The notes under the pieces were generated by a model, which saw nothing but the letters and a program-made list of their open reading frames with translations, was not told where the DNA came from and did no database searches. 64,000 nucleotides of DNA from an uncultured delta proteobacterium. Its GTDB lineage: Bacteria; Desulfobacterota; RBG-13-43-22. The position numbers and the translations under genes are program-made. The DNA lies in assembly GCA_963790475.1 (NCBI GenBank), contig CAWBOS010000012.1, forward strand, positions 1,216,001 through 1,280,000, read 5' to 3'. Shown piece after piece: positions 27,748 to 37,453 of this stretch (its first letter is position 1; each line of letters begins with the position of its first letter).

Positions 27748-27765
27748 GGGGGTGGGCCACGTCAA
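27748..27765 (-). repeat. TTGACGTGGCCCACCCCC repeat, copy 3 (inverted)
   Basis: Reverse complement of the 24407-24424 motif. Confidence 0.65.
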
Positions 27766-27962
27766 GGAGTTGAGATTTATTGACCAATGTCCCGGCAAGA
27801 ACTGGTTACAACCTCTTTCCCTTTGTTTTTGACCCCTAATGATCTCTTTTAGAATTCCCAATTATCGCTTTTGTGTTTGAGAGGCGCGATATAGGGTTAA
27901 AAAGCCCCTTCGTTGAATAATTGTCGTGTTATTTTATTCAGTTCTTGTGGCCCCCTCCCTCA

Positions 27963-29072
27963 TTATGTAAATCCATAGCGTTTGCGTAACAATAAGGAAA
28001 GTTGGCTCAATAAGCCCAAGACTCGTTCTGCCAAGGCTTCGGTGAGCACCCCACCGGCACCGCAACTGGGGGTGATCAAGGCCCGCCCCAACAGCAGCTC
28101 CCGATCAAATCCTTTCTCCGCCAATTGGTTTATACCCTCTTCAAAACGGGACAGCAAAGAGGGGACTGTTTCCGTAGCGGCCGCTTCCCGGTCAAGGGTT
28201 GGGACAATCCCCCAACCGAGACTGCCTCCCCGATCCAAGAAGGCGTGTAGTTCGGCAGGATAGAGGGTGATGGCCTGCAGGTGATCATAGGCGTCGAAGT
28301 CCAGGATATCCAGATCGGTCTGCATTAACAAGGACCAGCCGGTATTTTCTTCGCAGTGGACCCCGGCCAGCCCGCCATGGGCATGGATGGCTGCCGCCAC
28401 TTCGTTAATATCTTTAATAACATCTTCCCGGCTTATGGTTAAAAAAAGATGTTTACCGAACCCCAGCAAAGACGGCTCGTCGATAAAAATCATGGATGGC
28501 AGGTTGAACCGGCTTAATTGGCCGATCTGCCAGACCGCTTTCATGGCAATCATTTTGATGATTATGTCCCGCAGTTGTTCATCGTAGTAGGAACAACGTC
28601 GGTCTTGATCTAAAAAATTTGTCCCCAGGGTGAAAGGTCCGGTAACCTGTCCTTTGAGCATAATCGGCGCGCCCGATGCCATCCCTTCAGACAGTTGGTT
28701 GATGAATTCGGCAAAACCGGCTGCATAGTTCGGCGATAAAGCGAAAGTCTCGAGGGCCTGAAGATCATTGTCTTCCGTCACGGCCAGGTAATTACGATAA
28801 AAAAAGACCATCTGTTCGATGAAGTCGACGGATTCGACTGAGAAATAGCGATAGTCTCCCTCTTGAATCAACCCCGGCAAACCTTCTGTAAATTGGACCA
28901 GCATATTTTCATATTGGTTCCGTTTAGGAAACTGAATCCAGGAAGGGATGTCCGGGGTGCTTTCAAACATGAGCCTGGTCCCCCGGGCTACATCGGTATG
29001 GGGGAGGCTGCCGATGGTGGTTGCCAGACAGCAGGGTTCAAAAACCTGCGGGGATGTGCTTGAGTTTTTCAT
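27963..29072 (-). CDS. Core (single-barrel) MetE-like methionine synthase
   Basis: TTIGSLPH, KGQVTGPFT, FIDEP, GVHCE, WGIVPT, ITPSCG; lacks the N-terminal folate barrel. Confidence 0.8.
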   Translation of the reverse strand: MKNSSTSPQVFEPCCLATTIGSLPHTDVARGTRLMFESTPDIPSWIQFPKRNQYENMLVQFTEGLPGLIQEGDYRYFSVESVDFIEQMVFFYRNYLAVTEDNDLQALETFALSPNYAAGFAEFINQLSEGMASGAPIMLKGQVTGPFTLGTNFLDQDRRCSYYDEQLRDIIIKMIAMKAVWQIGQLSRFNLPSMIFIDEPSLLGFGKHLFLTISREDVIKDINEVAAAIHAHGGLAGVHCEENTGWSLLMQTDLDILDFDAYDHLQAITLYPAELHAFLDRGGSLGWGIVPTLDREAAATETVPSLLSRFEEGINQLAEKGFDRELLLGRALITPSCGAGGVLTEALAERVLGLLSQLSLLLRKRYGFT

Positions 29073-29130
29073 TTTAATTCGCTTCTCCTCCAACTTTGTA
29101 TCAATTTTGGTTTTAGAAATAACCGCTTTC

Positions 29131-29199
29131 ACCGCAAAGCCGCAAAGGCCGCAAAGAAGAAAATTTATAGATTGCCGGGGAGAGGCAGGCAATCTATAA
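29131..29199. repeat. CCGCAAAG x3 tandem repeat followed by 12-bp perfect inverted repeat
   Basis: ACCGCAAAGCCGCAAAGGCCGCAAAG; TTATAGATTGCC-N11-GGCAATCTATAA. Confidence 0.7.
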
Positions 29200-29256
29200 C
29201 TTCCCTGCCCTACAGGCAAATATTGGGCCGGAGGCCGGAGTCCAGCCTTGGCGGGA

Positions 29257-29721
29257 TTAAATCCCGCCCCTCACGTGACTTGACAAAATAGACTCTCTTT
29301 GCGACTCTTCCCGCGGGTTCTGGATGATCATCCACTGGTCCGGATTAGCCAGAGGACCAAAACCCAATCGGGCATACACGCCGTGGGCGTCCTTGGTCCG
29401 GAGTAACCACTGGTAGACCAGCGACAAATCCGGATGTTCCACGGCATACTTAATCATGGCCGTCCCGATGCCCTGCCTTCGCCATACCGGGTCGACAACT
29501 ACATCGAGGATATAAGCAAATCTGACCTTGTCGGAAATAATGCGCAGAAAGCTGACCTGTTTTCCGGATTCGTCGAAACCGCCTACCAGCAGACTTGAGT
29601 TCCTGGCCCCGAGGATCACCTCATCTCTAGTTATGCCCGGTGACCAGTAAATTTCCTCCAGCCATTTCGATACCGCATCGAAATCAATATGTTCGAAACC
29701 GTGCTTAAAGGTGACTGACAT
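29257..29721 (-). CDS. GNAT N-acetyltransferase
   Basis: FAYILDVVV...RRQGIG...TKDAHGVY. Confidence 0.9.
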   Translation of the reverse strand: MSVTFKHGFEHIDFDAVSKWLEEIYWSPGITRDEVILGARNSSLLVGGFDESGKQVSFLRIISDKVRFAYILDVVVDPVWRRQGIGTAMIKYAVEHPDLSLVYQWLLRTKDAHGVYARLGFGPLANPDQWMIIQNPREESQRESILSSHVRGGI

Positions 29722-29854
29722 GGTTGTTCCTTCAATACAACTTTAGTTCATTGGCTTCCAGGCTTCGGTTTTGGGCCGTCGACAGGTCCAAAATTAGGCA
29801 ATTATTCAATAATTAAAACGGGATTGTCAACAGAGAAGTCAATATTAAGGGTGG

Positions 29855-30535
29855 TTAAACTATTTTCAGCTTGGAGAAAAGTGGACCCCTGGCCCAGCCG
29901 CGAATGGCCTCCCAATCGCGGTAATCACCTTCCGGTACTCCCTTGGATATGATGATTTTCTTATTCAACCAGGAAAGGTTGCTGTAACGCATCGCTCCGG
30001 CAAAAGGTTCAATCTCGACCGGCTTTACCTGGGGTATGGTTTGAAGAACAGGATCTAAATAGGACAAGGCTTTTCGGCGGTTCTCTTCGCCCGGCAGATG
30101 CATGGTCATACAGACCAGGAAATAAGCCACCGGGACCTGCTGCAAAATCTCATAGTTGGCCTTCACAAAATTCGTCGCTTCCGGCATCCATTTGCCCCTG
30201 TAGATCGCACTGCCGATGACTATCCCTTGATAGGAATTCAGGTTTTTCACATTTCTGGTTAAGAAAACGTTCACCTTCGCTCCATTACCGCATAATTCCT
30301 TCCCAATGGCCTCAGCAACACCCCCGGTGGAGCCGTACTCGCTGGCATAGGCCACTAATATTCTTTTGCCTATATTAGGGTCTCCACATTTTGGTTCAGG
30401 GAAGGCTGTTGCAGCGGCCTTACCGGATCCTTCGGCCGACAGGCCTCCCAAGGATATGGCTCCGATGATTCCCCCCGTCAGTGCCAGGAAATCCCGGCGA
30501 CCCATTTCCTTTTGTTTTATATCTTTTGTTTCCAT
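29855..30535 (-). CDS. Flavodoxin-domain protein (HemG-like) with Tat signal
   Basis: GRRDFL; ILVAYASEYGSTGGVAE; GSAIY; GDYRDW. Confidence 0.85.
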   Translation of the reverse strand: METKDIKQKEMGRRDFLALTGGIIGAISLGGLSAEGSGKAAATAFPEPKCGDPNIGKRILVAYASEYGSTGGVAEAIGKELCGNGAKVNVFLTRNVKNLNSYQGIVIGSAIYRGKWMPEATNFVKANYEILQQVPVAYFLVCMTMHLPGEENRRKALSYLDPVLQTIPQVKPVEIEPFAGAMRYSNLSWLNKKIIISKGVPEGDYRDWEAIRGWARGPLFSKLKIV

Positions 30536-30704
30536 GAACTCTCCTTTTTACTTTGTTTTCCAAGGGCCGGAAAAAAGTCCGGCAACATCCGATAATTCCA
30601 GATTCTATATTAGATTATCCGGGAATTTATCTCTATCATTTTATGCAAGACCCCCGATGGCCATTTCAAAAATTTCAAATCGGTTTGGCTGGAATTTCTT
30701 TGGA

Positions 30705-31169
30705 TTAACCTTCTTCTTTCTGAATCCGGCCGGTACGTTCGAGGTAGGCTTCAAAGGCATTCTTTCCCTCTTCCTTCCAGTAATCGTCATAGTACCTCCA
30801 GTAGCGATAAGTGCCACCGGGTTTCCAATTCTCATCCTGCCAATCCCAGTCCATTTTTGCCCCAAAATGAGGTCTCCACTTAGAGGGAAATTTCCGGTAA
30901 ACGCCCCGAGGGTGATGGTGTCTGCCGAATCTGCCAAAGATGAGTTTCGCCAGCAACACGATTCCCACTGCCTGCCAGTAGCTTATCTCCTTGAGATTGA
31001 ACAGGTCGGGCATGAGCCGATTCCAAAGGATCTCAACGAACCATCCCAAGATCAGAGCAAAAAATCCGGCAAGAATTAATCCCCAAAGAAACATGAAAAT
31101 GATCCGCAATCCCCGGCGAGGGGACCTATGATATTTTCCATTTTGTATGGTATTTGAATTCTCATTCAT
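30705..31169 (-). CDS. Membrane protein downstream of ECF sigma
   Basis: LWNRLMPDLF...ISYWQAVG..LLAKLIFG. Confidence 0.75.
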   Translation of the reverse strand: MNENSNTIQNGKYHRSPRRGLRIIFMFLWGLILAGFFALILGWFVEILWNRLMPDLFNLKEISYWQAVGIVLLAKLIFGRFGRHHHPRGVYRKFPSKWRPHFGAKMDWDWQDENWKPGGTYRYWRYYDDYWKEEGKNAFEAYLERTGRIQKEEG

Positions 31170-31201
31170 AAAAGTCTTCCTTATGGTTAAAACCTTTCAG
31201 G

Positions 31202-31771
31202 TCAATTACCCTTTGGTTCTCCTATAGACCGGACTCCCGATTTACTGAGGGTCTTTTTTAACTTGGCGATGGCTCTGGACTTCCTGGCCAAGAGTGTTCC
31301 CAGGGGGAGTTGCCATTCAATAACCAGTTCTCTAAAAGATATCCCCTGGAACTCGGTGGCCACGATCAACTCTTGTTCCTCTTCCGACAGGGCTTCTATG
31401 GCCTGCAACAACAGATTTCGGATTTCCTGTTGCTCCACCATCCGGGCTGTATTAAAACGTGTATCGCGGAGGACATCAGCCAAGGTCATATCTTCCCCGG
31501 TAACCGGAGAATCAATCGGCAGGTTCTTCTTTCGCCGGCGGAAGTAATCGATCACCCGATTTCGCAAGGCTTCGTAAACATAAGCCGAAAGATTTTCGAT
31601 CGGCTGGGATATATCCGCCTTGTTTAAAAGGTTCAGGACCACATCCTGCAAGATATCTTCGCTGTCGCTTTCGGCCGTATCTTCCATCAGTCTGTGGATG
31701 TAAGCGAGAAGTCGTTTACGCTCTTTTTCAAAGAATTCCGCCACCCGCCGCCGGAAACTGTCCTTGATCAT
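31202..31771 (-). CDS. ECF RNA polymerase sigma factor
   Basis: SEDILQDV...RNRVIDYFRRR...PLGTLLARKSRA. Confidence 0.9.
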   Translation of the reverse strand: MIKDSFRRRVAEFFEKERKRLLAYIHRLMEDTAESDSEDILQDVVLNLLNKADISQPIENLSAYVYEALRNRVIDYFRRRKKNLPIDSPVTGEDMTLADVLRDTRFNTARMVEQQEIRNLLLQAIEALSEEEQELIVATEFQGISFRELVIEWQLPLGTLLARKSRAIAKLKKTLSKSGVRSIGEPKGN

Positions 31772-31779
31772 GACTTATG

Positions 31780-31806
31780 AGACGCACCAACGAGGTTTAT
31801 ATTGCA
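31780..31806 (-). promoter_or_regulatory. Candidate ECF autoregulatory promoter (near-leaderless)
   Basis: TGCAAT-N16-CGTCT ending 8 nt before the ATG; no RBS. Confidence 0.5.
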
Positions 31807-31926
31807 ATTTATTTTAGGGAGTATCATGGAGGGCATTTTTTATTAACGTCTGGCGGCCTGTTCGATAGTTAAGAAAGACCTGTGAGATGCACAAGAACGA
31901 TAGATACCGAAAATTAAAAATAAGTA

Positions 31927-32772
31927 TTAGGCCAATTTGATGGCCATCATCCCCAGTACAATTAAGAGGATTCCCATAACTTTAAGCAAGGTTGGTTTTT
32001 CGCCTAAGAAAATGAATCCCAAGACAGCCCCGAAGGCTACCGCCAATTCCCGCAAGGCCACAACATAACTGACCTGGGCAATTCGGTAAATAAACAAAAT
32101 TAATAGATAGGTGATCAGTGAACCTGTCCCGATAATAAAACTGTGTTTCCTATAATCTCTCCAGGCCAGTGCCAATTCACGCCGCTTATAAATGAAAACG
32201 TAGGGGGACAGCCAAAGGGTGGCGAAAATCCAAAGACCGAAGATATAGGCCACCGGATTCATGATTCCCACCCCCAGTTTATCAACAATGGAATAGCCGA
32301 CAATCGTTGTCCCGACCAATAAAGCAAAAGACAGGCCTTTGAGGAATCCTTTTTGCTGGGAATGTTTCCACCCGACGAAAAGGGTTCCAAGACTAATGGA
32401 GACTATGCCAAACAGACCGAAAATGGTAATGGCCTCGTTTAAACATAAATAAGCGAGCACTGCGGTCCCGGCCACCCCGGTCCCCCGGGCAACCGGGTAG
32501 GCACTGGAAATATCCCCATGTTCATAGGCCTTGGCCAGGGCAAAGAAATAGATGGCATGGATGGTTCCAGTGGCCAAAACGTAGGGAAAGGCCCGGACAT
32601 TAAAAATATCAGAGAGCGACAAGGTAAAAAGGAATGGAAAGAATAAAACCGAGGCTATCAGCAGGCTCAGATAGAGTACCTGAAAATTGCCGGAGGCCTT
32701 TTTAGCGGCAAAGTTCCATAAGGCATGAAAAAAGGCCGAACAAATAATCAGCAGGAATACAATCAGAGACAT
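31927..32772 (-). CDS. EamA/DMT transporter
   Basis: About 10 TM segments; HALWN, AYEHGDISSAYPVARG, SYVVALRE. Confidence 0.9.
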   Translation of the reverse strand: MSLIVFLLIICSAFFHALWNFAAKKASGNFQVLYLSLLIASVLFFPFLFTLSLSDIFNVRAFPYVLATGTIHAIYFFALAKAYEHGDISSAYPVARGTGVAGTAVLAYLCLNEAITIFGLFGIVSISLGTLFVGWKHSQQKGFLKGLSFALLVGTTIVGYSIVDKLGVGIMNPVAYIFGLWIFATLWLSPYVFIYKRRELALAWRDYRKHSFIIGTGSLITYLLILFIYRIAQVSYVVALRELAVAFGAVLGFIFLGEKPTLLKVMGILLIVLGMMAIKLA

Positions 32773-32970
32773 ATCAACAAGGCCTTCCCAAGAGGGACGG
32801 GTTTGGTTTTTAGGGCGCCATAGGCCGAACTGCTTTCATTGTGTTTAGGGGTCCACAACGAAATAGTTTTCCTCCCTGTGGGTTCTCTGAGGGCCCAAGC
32901 GAAGGAAGGGAACTGGCGAGAGAAAAGGGGCAGATAATAATTCCCTGAATAAGTGTTCCTTTCTATTCTA

Positions 32971-33585
32971 TTATTCTCCGGCTGTCATTTCCGTTAGAAG
33001 TTTTTCCATCCTCTGAGGATTTCCGATCCCACAAACACAGGGTTTGATCAGAATTTTTGCCCCTTCATCAGGGGTCATCTTTCCTCGTTTAATTTTTTTA
33101 ACGATATCTTTCACCAAGTGGGGAGAAATCAAGGCATGGCCGCATTGGGTGACAATCTCCAAGGTCTTTTCATCGGGGAGTCTCTTGGTTTTGCCGAAAA
33201 TGCCCAGCGAGACGTTGTAGGTATGCTCTTTCAGACCGTTGGCCCGGCATAGGCAGCGCACATCGGAAAAGAGACCGGACAGGACCACAGATATTCCCAG
33301 TTTTTTCTCTTTGACTTCGGCGATCAAGTTTTGGACATCCTCCCGGTTATTAAAAACAGCGGTGAGGATCCCTCCCCGCGGCAGAAGTTTCATCAGTTGT
33401 TCTTCATTAAGTCCCATGGGCGCACCGATGATATTGGCGGGTTTGTATTTTAAGACCGTTTCGACAATGGGGACCATCCTTTCCGATTTCTGTTTCTTCT
33501 CCTGTTGTTGTACCATGAAAAGCACCACGATCTCTTCGCCCGGTTTGGCTTGGGAAAGACCTCTTCGATTTAAGGTGTGAGTCAT
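32971..33585 (-). CDS. Conserved hypothetical protein with Cys motifs
   Basis: MTHTLNRRG...SVVLSGL...TQCGH...CVCG; GGAGG RBS. Confidence 0.75.
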   Translation of the reverse strand: MTHTLNRRGLSQAKPGEEIVVLFMVQQQEKKQKSERMVPIVETVLKYKPANIIGAPMGLNEEQLMKLLPRGGILTAVFNNREDVQNLIAEVKEKKLGISVVLSGLFSDVRCLCRANGLKEHTYNVSLGIFGKTKRLPDEKTLEIVTQCGHALISPHLVKDIVKKIKRGKMTPDEGAKILIKPCVCGIGNPQRMEKLLTEMTAGE

Positions 33586-33610
33586 AATTCCTCCCGTTTT
33601 TTGTCAAAAA

Positions 33611-33669
33611 AGTTCGGAGTTCGGAGTCTAGAGCAAGGAGATTTTGCTCCGAACTAATTACTCCGAACT
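33611..33669. repeat. AGTTCGG heptamer repeats in inverted arrangement
   Basis: AGTTCGGAGTTCGGAG ... CTCCGAACT-AATTA-CTCCGAACT. Confidence 0.7.
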
Positions 33670-33738
33670 ATGAATCGATTCTTAATACCATGGATCTTCG
33701 AATCCATTTTCATTCTTGATAAATATCTTAAACTGTTT

Positions 33739-34449
33739 TCAGGACAAGGCCAGGCCGATGTTGACTTTTCCGTTAGGATAAATATCATGGCCGGCATTTT
33801 TGAGACGCTCCATAAAACGGCAGTCCCCGTTGGAATCGGCCCGGGAGATCACACTCATGGTGGCTACAGAGTCCAATTCCTTGTTCAAGAAGGCCTTCAT
33901 CTCGGTAATGAAATCGATGGCCCGGTCTTCATCGATGATAAATTCGGCAATGGCGCTGAGCACCTTTTCGCCCAAAACCTCCGGTCTCAACGCCCCGGTT
34001 TCCTGGTCGACAATCAGTTCCATGACCGGATTGTCCTTGGCGAATACCACTTTCATTTTTTTTAATTGCTTGACGACCCTCTCCAGGTCAATAAGATAGG
34101 CCCCCACACCCGGACGGCCTAATTCGATGGAAAAGCCGATTTTCCCCTCCACAAAATTATTGGTGACGTCGTTGGTTTTCATTTCTTCCGTCCCCCGGCC
34201 GCTGACTCCGGTGCTTTCGTGTCTTATCGTTGGGTCGGAAAAAATGCCCCTGATAATCCTCGGATAAGGAATAGGATCGACCTGTTTTATGGCCCCTTCC
34301 GGGCAGATGTTTATCCGCCGGCAGACCCCGCATTCCACGCAGGTCTCGTAATCGATGACCACTTGCTTGTCTTTGACCACAATTGCGCCCATGGGGCAAA
34401 CCGGTCGGCAATCCAGACATTTTTGGCAGAGTTCTTTTTCAATATACAT
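33739..34449 (-). CDS. 2x[4Fe-4S] ferredoxin-domain protein
   Basis: CQKCLDCRPVCP and CVECGVC...CP, then GRGTEEMKTNDVT and ELGRPGVG. Confidence 0.85.
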   Translation of the reverse strand: MYIEKELCQKCLDCRPVCPMGAIVVKDKQVVIDYETCVECGVCRRINICPEGAIKQVDPIPYPRIIRGIFSDPTIRHESTGVSGRGTEEMKTNDVTNNFVEGKIGFSIELGRPGVGAYLIDLERVVKQLKKMKVVFAKDNPVMELIVDQETGALRPEVLGEKVLSAIAEFIIDEDRAIDFITEMKAFLNKELDSVATMSVISRADSNGDCRFMERLKNAGHDIYPNGKVNIGLALS

Positions 34450-34501
34450 GGCAGGAAAGTCTCCTTTTTATTGTTGAAGAATAATTTCTTGATTTCCAAC
34501 T

Positions 34502-35446
34502 TTAATTTATTTCTGGATACAGCGAAGAGCCGGCTTTCATGAAACGGGTCATATGCCGCATCCCGGCAACGAGCTTGTCGGTTTTCTGCTCGTATAACCG
34601 GGATTCATACCAATAGTATTCCGTCTTGCCGGTAACACCTACGGCGATAATCTTACCTCTGGCCCGGTAAGGCCAATCAGTTTTTATGGGGCCGTTGAAA
34701 AAGCGAATCTCGGTGCCGCCAAAAAAGCCGACTGCTTGGGGGGCAAACGGGAGCGGGACCTGCATAAAATTGATTATTCGACTGAGAGGGGCGATAGGCG
34801 GCCCCCAGGGTGATTTCTTTGAGTACCACTCAATCCTATCCTCAAGATACACCAGCCAGTTTTCCAGAGCAAGGGAATTGAGCACATCCTCAAACAGCTG
34901 CATTTCATCGCCGGCATTGACTCCTTTGAGAATCCTTAATTCTTCCTTAGGACTGCTTTTTATCTCCAGGGCCTGCAAATAAGATTTTTCAACAGGATTG
35001 CCCAGAGAGAGTGTACCCTTAGCCACCATACGTCCCTCCGGTGTTTCCGCCCAGGCCTCCACCTGGACGTTGTTTTTTTCGGCCGGTGGACACTGGACAA
35101 CCGCCCTGACCTCTTCTCCATCCAACAAGGCATAGGTATAATACAAACTGATCGACCCTGTTTCAAGTCCTTTCTGTCCGAAGGCCTTTAACATTAGGGG
35201 GGCAAAAAGATCAAGGTGTTGAATCCCGGCGACCACTCCGCCGCGCATGCCCACCTTTTGGGCCACGTCATCATTGTGAATTGTTAGGTGTTGTTTATCT
35301 ACCGTTTCAATTTGGATATTAAGGGGATTGTCTTGATTCCGGAAAAGAGTCCGCAGAATGGGACGGGTTACCGGGGTAAAATCATTGATGGCCTTACGCC
35401 AGGGCCCAACCATACGATCATTTTGAATCCTGATATCTTCCGGCAT
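34502..35446 (-). CDS. Double hot-dog-fold-like protein
   Basis: IHNDDVAQKVGMRGGVVAG..H (MaoC-like motif); GGAGG RBS before ATG 35446. Confidence 0.65.
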   Translation of the reverse strand: MPEDIRIQNDRMVGPWRKAINDFTPVTRPILRTLFRNQDNPLNIQIETVDKQHLTIHNDDVAQKVGMRGGVVAGIQHLDLFAPLMLKAFGQKGLETGSISLYYTYALLDGEEVRAVVQCPPAEKNNVQVEAWAETPEGRMVAKGTLSLGNPVEKSYLQALEIKSSPKEELRILKGVNAGDEMQLFEDVLNSLALENWLVYLEDRIEWYSKKSPWGPPIAPLSRIINFMQVPLPFAPQAVGFFGGTEIRFFNGPIKTDWPYRARGKIIAVGVTGKTEYYWYESRLYEQKTDKLVAGMRHMTRFMKAGSSLYPEIN

Positions 35447-35544
35447 CGTAGTAAACCTCCTCGACAAACTTCGGAAAGGGGAACTTTTAAGATTATGGAT
35501 TGATTCGCTTGGCCCTTTTTCCTCCAAAGGCATAAATGGCTATT

Positions 35545-36543
35545 TTATTGGACCGCTTGGATGCCAATAACGGAGCTTCGTCTCTCAAACAAGAGAACAT
35601 CCCGCCACCTACCGTTCATTTGTCCGAGTTTCTCGCGCCGGCCGATCATACGAAATCCGCATTTCTGGTGGAGGGTGATGCTGGGCCCATTCTCCGGGAA
35701 GATGCCTGACTGAAGGGTCCAGATTCCGGTTTGCTCCGATTCAGACACCAGGGCCTGGAGTAATCGCCTTCCGATTCCAAGGCCCCTTTCTCCGGCAGAA
35801 ATGTAGACGCTCACTTCGGCCACGCCGGCGTATACACAACGGCTTGAGACCCGGCTCAGGGCCGCCCACCCAACAACCCTCGCGGCATCAGCGGCAACCA
35901 GGCGGCATTCCCTCAGGTGACCGGCGTCCCAGGCCTCTGAGGATGGTGCTTCCGTTTCAAAAGTGGCATTTCCGGTGGCCATACCTTCTTCGTAAATTGA
36001 ACGGACTGCGGGCCAGTCCTCCGAGGTCATTTTTCGAATGAAAAGGTGGGGATCATTCACTTCTTTGGCCTGATCAAGGACGGTTCTTGAGGGATTTGTG
36101 GAAATCGCTTCTCCGCCACTTCCATCCAGAGTCTTTGACATCACAATGAGATCTGAGCGTTCTTCCCAACCAGCCGACTTCCAAAAAACGATGCCGGACT
36201 CGTTGGTCTTAAAGACGAAAAGATGGCATTTTTGAATACCGGCTTCCCGCAAGACCTGAAGACACCGATCGACCAGTCTTCGACCGAGGCCCTGACGCCG
36301 CCGGTCCGGATGAACAGTCAGATGGTAGATATAACCGCGCCGGCGGTCATGACCGGCCAGAACCGTCCCGATAATCCGGCCTTCCGCTGAAGCCACAAAA
36401 TTTATGCCGGGGTTCTGCTCCAGAAAACGGTGAATATTCTCCCTCGAATCGGCGCCGCTCAACCCGACCCCTTCGCACTTTTGCCACAGGGCGAGGACGT
36501 CCTTATAGACTTCGTTGTTAAATGATTGGATGGTAATGGTCAT
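35545..36543 (-). CDS. Tandem GNAT fusion (YpeA-like plus phosphinothricin acetyltransferase-like)
   Basis: GHDRRRGYIYHL...RRQGLG; second domain ATFET...VSSRCVYAGVAEVSVY...GRWRDV. Confidence 0.88.
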   Translation of the reverse strand: MTITIQSFNNEVYKDVLALWQKCEGVGLSGADSRENIHRFLEQNPGINFVASAEGRIIGTVLAGHDRRRGYIYHLTVHPDRRRQGLGRRLVDRCLQVLREAGIQKCHLFVFKTNESGIVFWKSAGWEERSDLIVMSKTLDGSGGEAISTNPSRTVLDQAKEVNDPHLFIRKMTSEDWPAVRSIYEEGMATGNATFETEAPSSEAWDAGHLRECRLVAADAARVVGWAALSRVSSRCVYAGVAEVSVYISAGERGLGIGRRLLQALVSESEQTGIWTLQSGIFPENGPSITLHQKCGFRMIGRREKLGQMNGRWRDVLLFERRSSVIGIQAVQ

Positions 36544-36544
36544 C

Positions 36545-37438
36545 TTAAATCGTGTCCATCACCCCTCGGATGAAAATCGGCTCCATCTCCTGTTGAGAAA
36601 CGTCTTTTTGTATCTTCCCCTCCAGCTCGATTGCCGAAGCGTTTTCCTCGAACTTACTTGCCGCCTCCAGGATCGAAGGCAGAAGGGTTGCATCGCTTGA
36701 GGTATTCAGAAAAATATTCGGTCTATTTAATACCCAATGGACCATTCGCCGGAGGGCCTCAGGATCCTTGACCGGTTCATACCAACTGAAACGTTTCTGG
36801 GCGTCTCCTTCCCGCCAGCGGCGCCGGGCAACGGATTTTATGGTTTGAACCGCCACACCCCGATCCGCACAAAGTCTTATCAGCCCCTCAACATCTGAGG
36901 TATATTCGGGACTTTGCATCAGCATGTAATTGTAAGGAAGAAGTACTGAATCGAAATCGAAACGTCCGAGACTGCGCAGGTGCATTTCCGGCGCCCGTGT
37001 GCCGTGACCGGTCACCCCGATAAATCGAACCAGTCCCTTGGTCCTGGCTTCAACGGCCGCTTCCAGGGCACCACCTGGCCCCAAAGCGGTTTTCCAACCG
37101 GGTTCATCAGTCAGATTATGGAACTGAATCAGGTCGAGTTGGTTCACCTGGAGACGTTCAAGAGACCGCTGTATGCTGTCCCGAGCACCGGAAGCCGTCC
37201 TTTCCCCGGTTTTGCTGGCCAGGAAAAATTTTTGGCGGTGCTCCTTCATCCAGGAACCGACCCGCAGTTCGGCATCCCCGTAACTGGCTGCAACATCGAT
37301 GTGGTTAATCCCGTACTTAAGGAGTGTCTCCAGGACCTGGTCGGCCCGCTCCTGACGCATGGCCCCCAGAGAGGCGGCTCCAAAAATAATACGGGTGCTC
37401 AAATGTCCTGTTTTTCCGAAGGGTATTTGGGTGATCAT
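36545..37438 (-). CDS. Aldo/keto reductase
   Basis: GINHIDVAASYG, SLERL..DLIQFH, RFIGVTGH. Confidence 0.9.
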   Translation of the reverse strand: MITQIPFGKTGHLSTRIIFGAASLGAMRQERADQVLETLLKYGINHIDVAASYGDAELRVGSWMKEHRQKFFLASKTGERTASGARDSIQRSLERLQVNQLDLIQFHNLTDEPGWKTALGPGGALEAAVEARTKGLVRFIGVTGHGTRAPEMHLRSLGRFDFDSVLLPYNYMLMQSPEYTSDVEGLIRLCADRGVAVQTIKSVARRRWREGDAQKRFSWYEPVKDPEALRRMVHWVLNRPNIFLNTSSDATLLPSILEAASKFEENASAIELEGKIQKDVSQQEMEPIFIRGVMDTI

Positions 37439-37453
37439 TGGCGATTTCTCCTG

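Noticed and set aside
33611-33669. Heptamer repeats as a mini-CRISPR
   Set aside because: Units are 7 bp and inverted, without spacers; it is an intergenic palindromic repeat.
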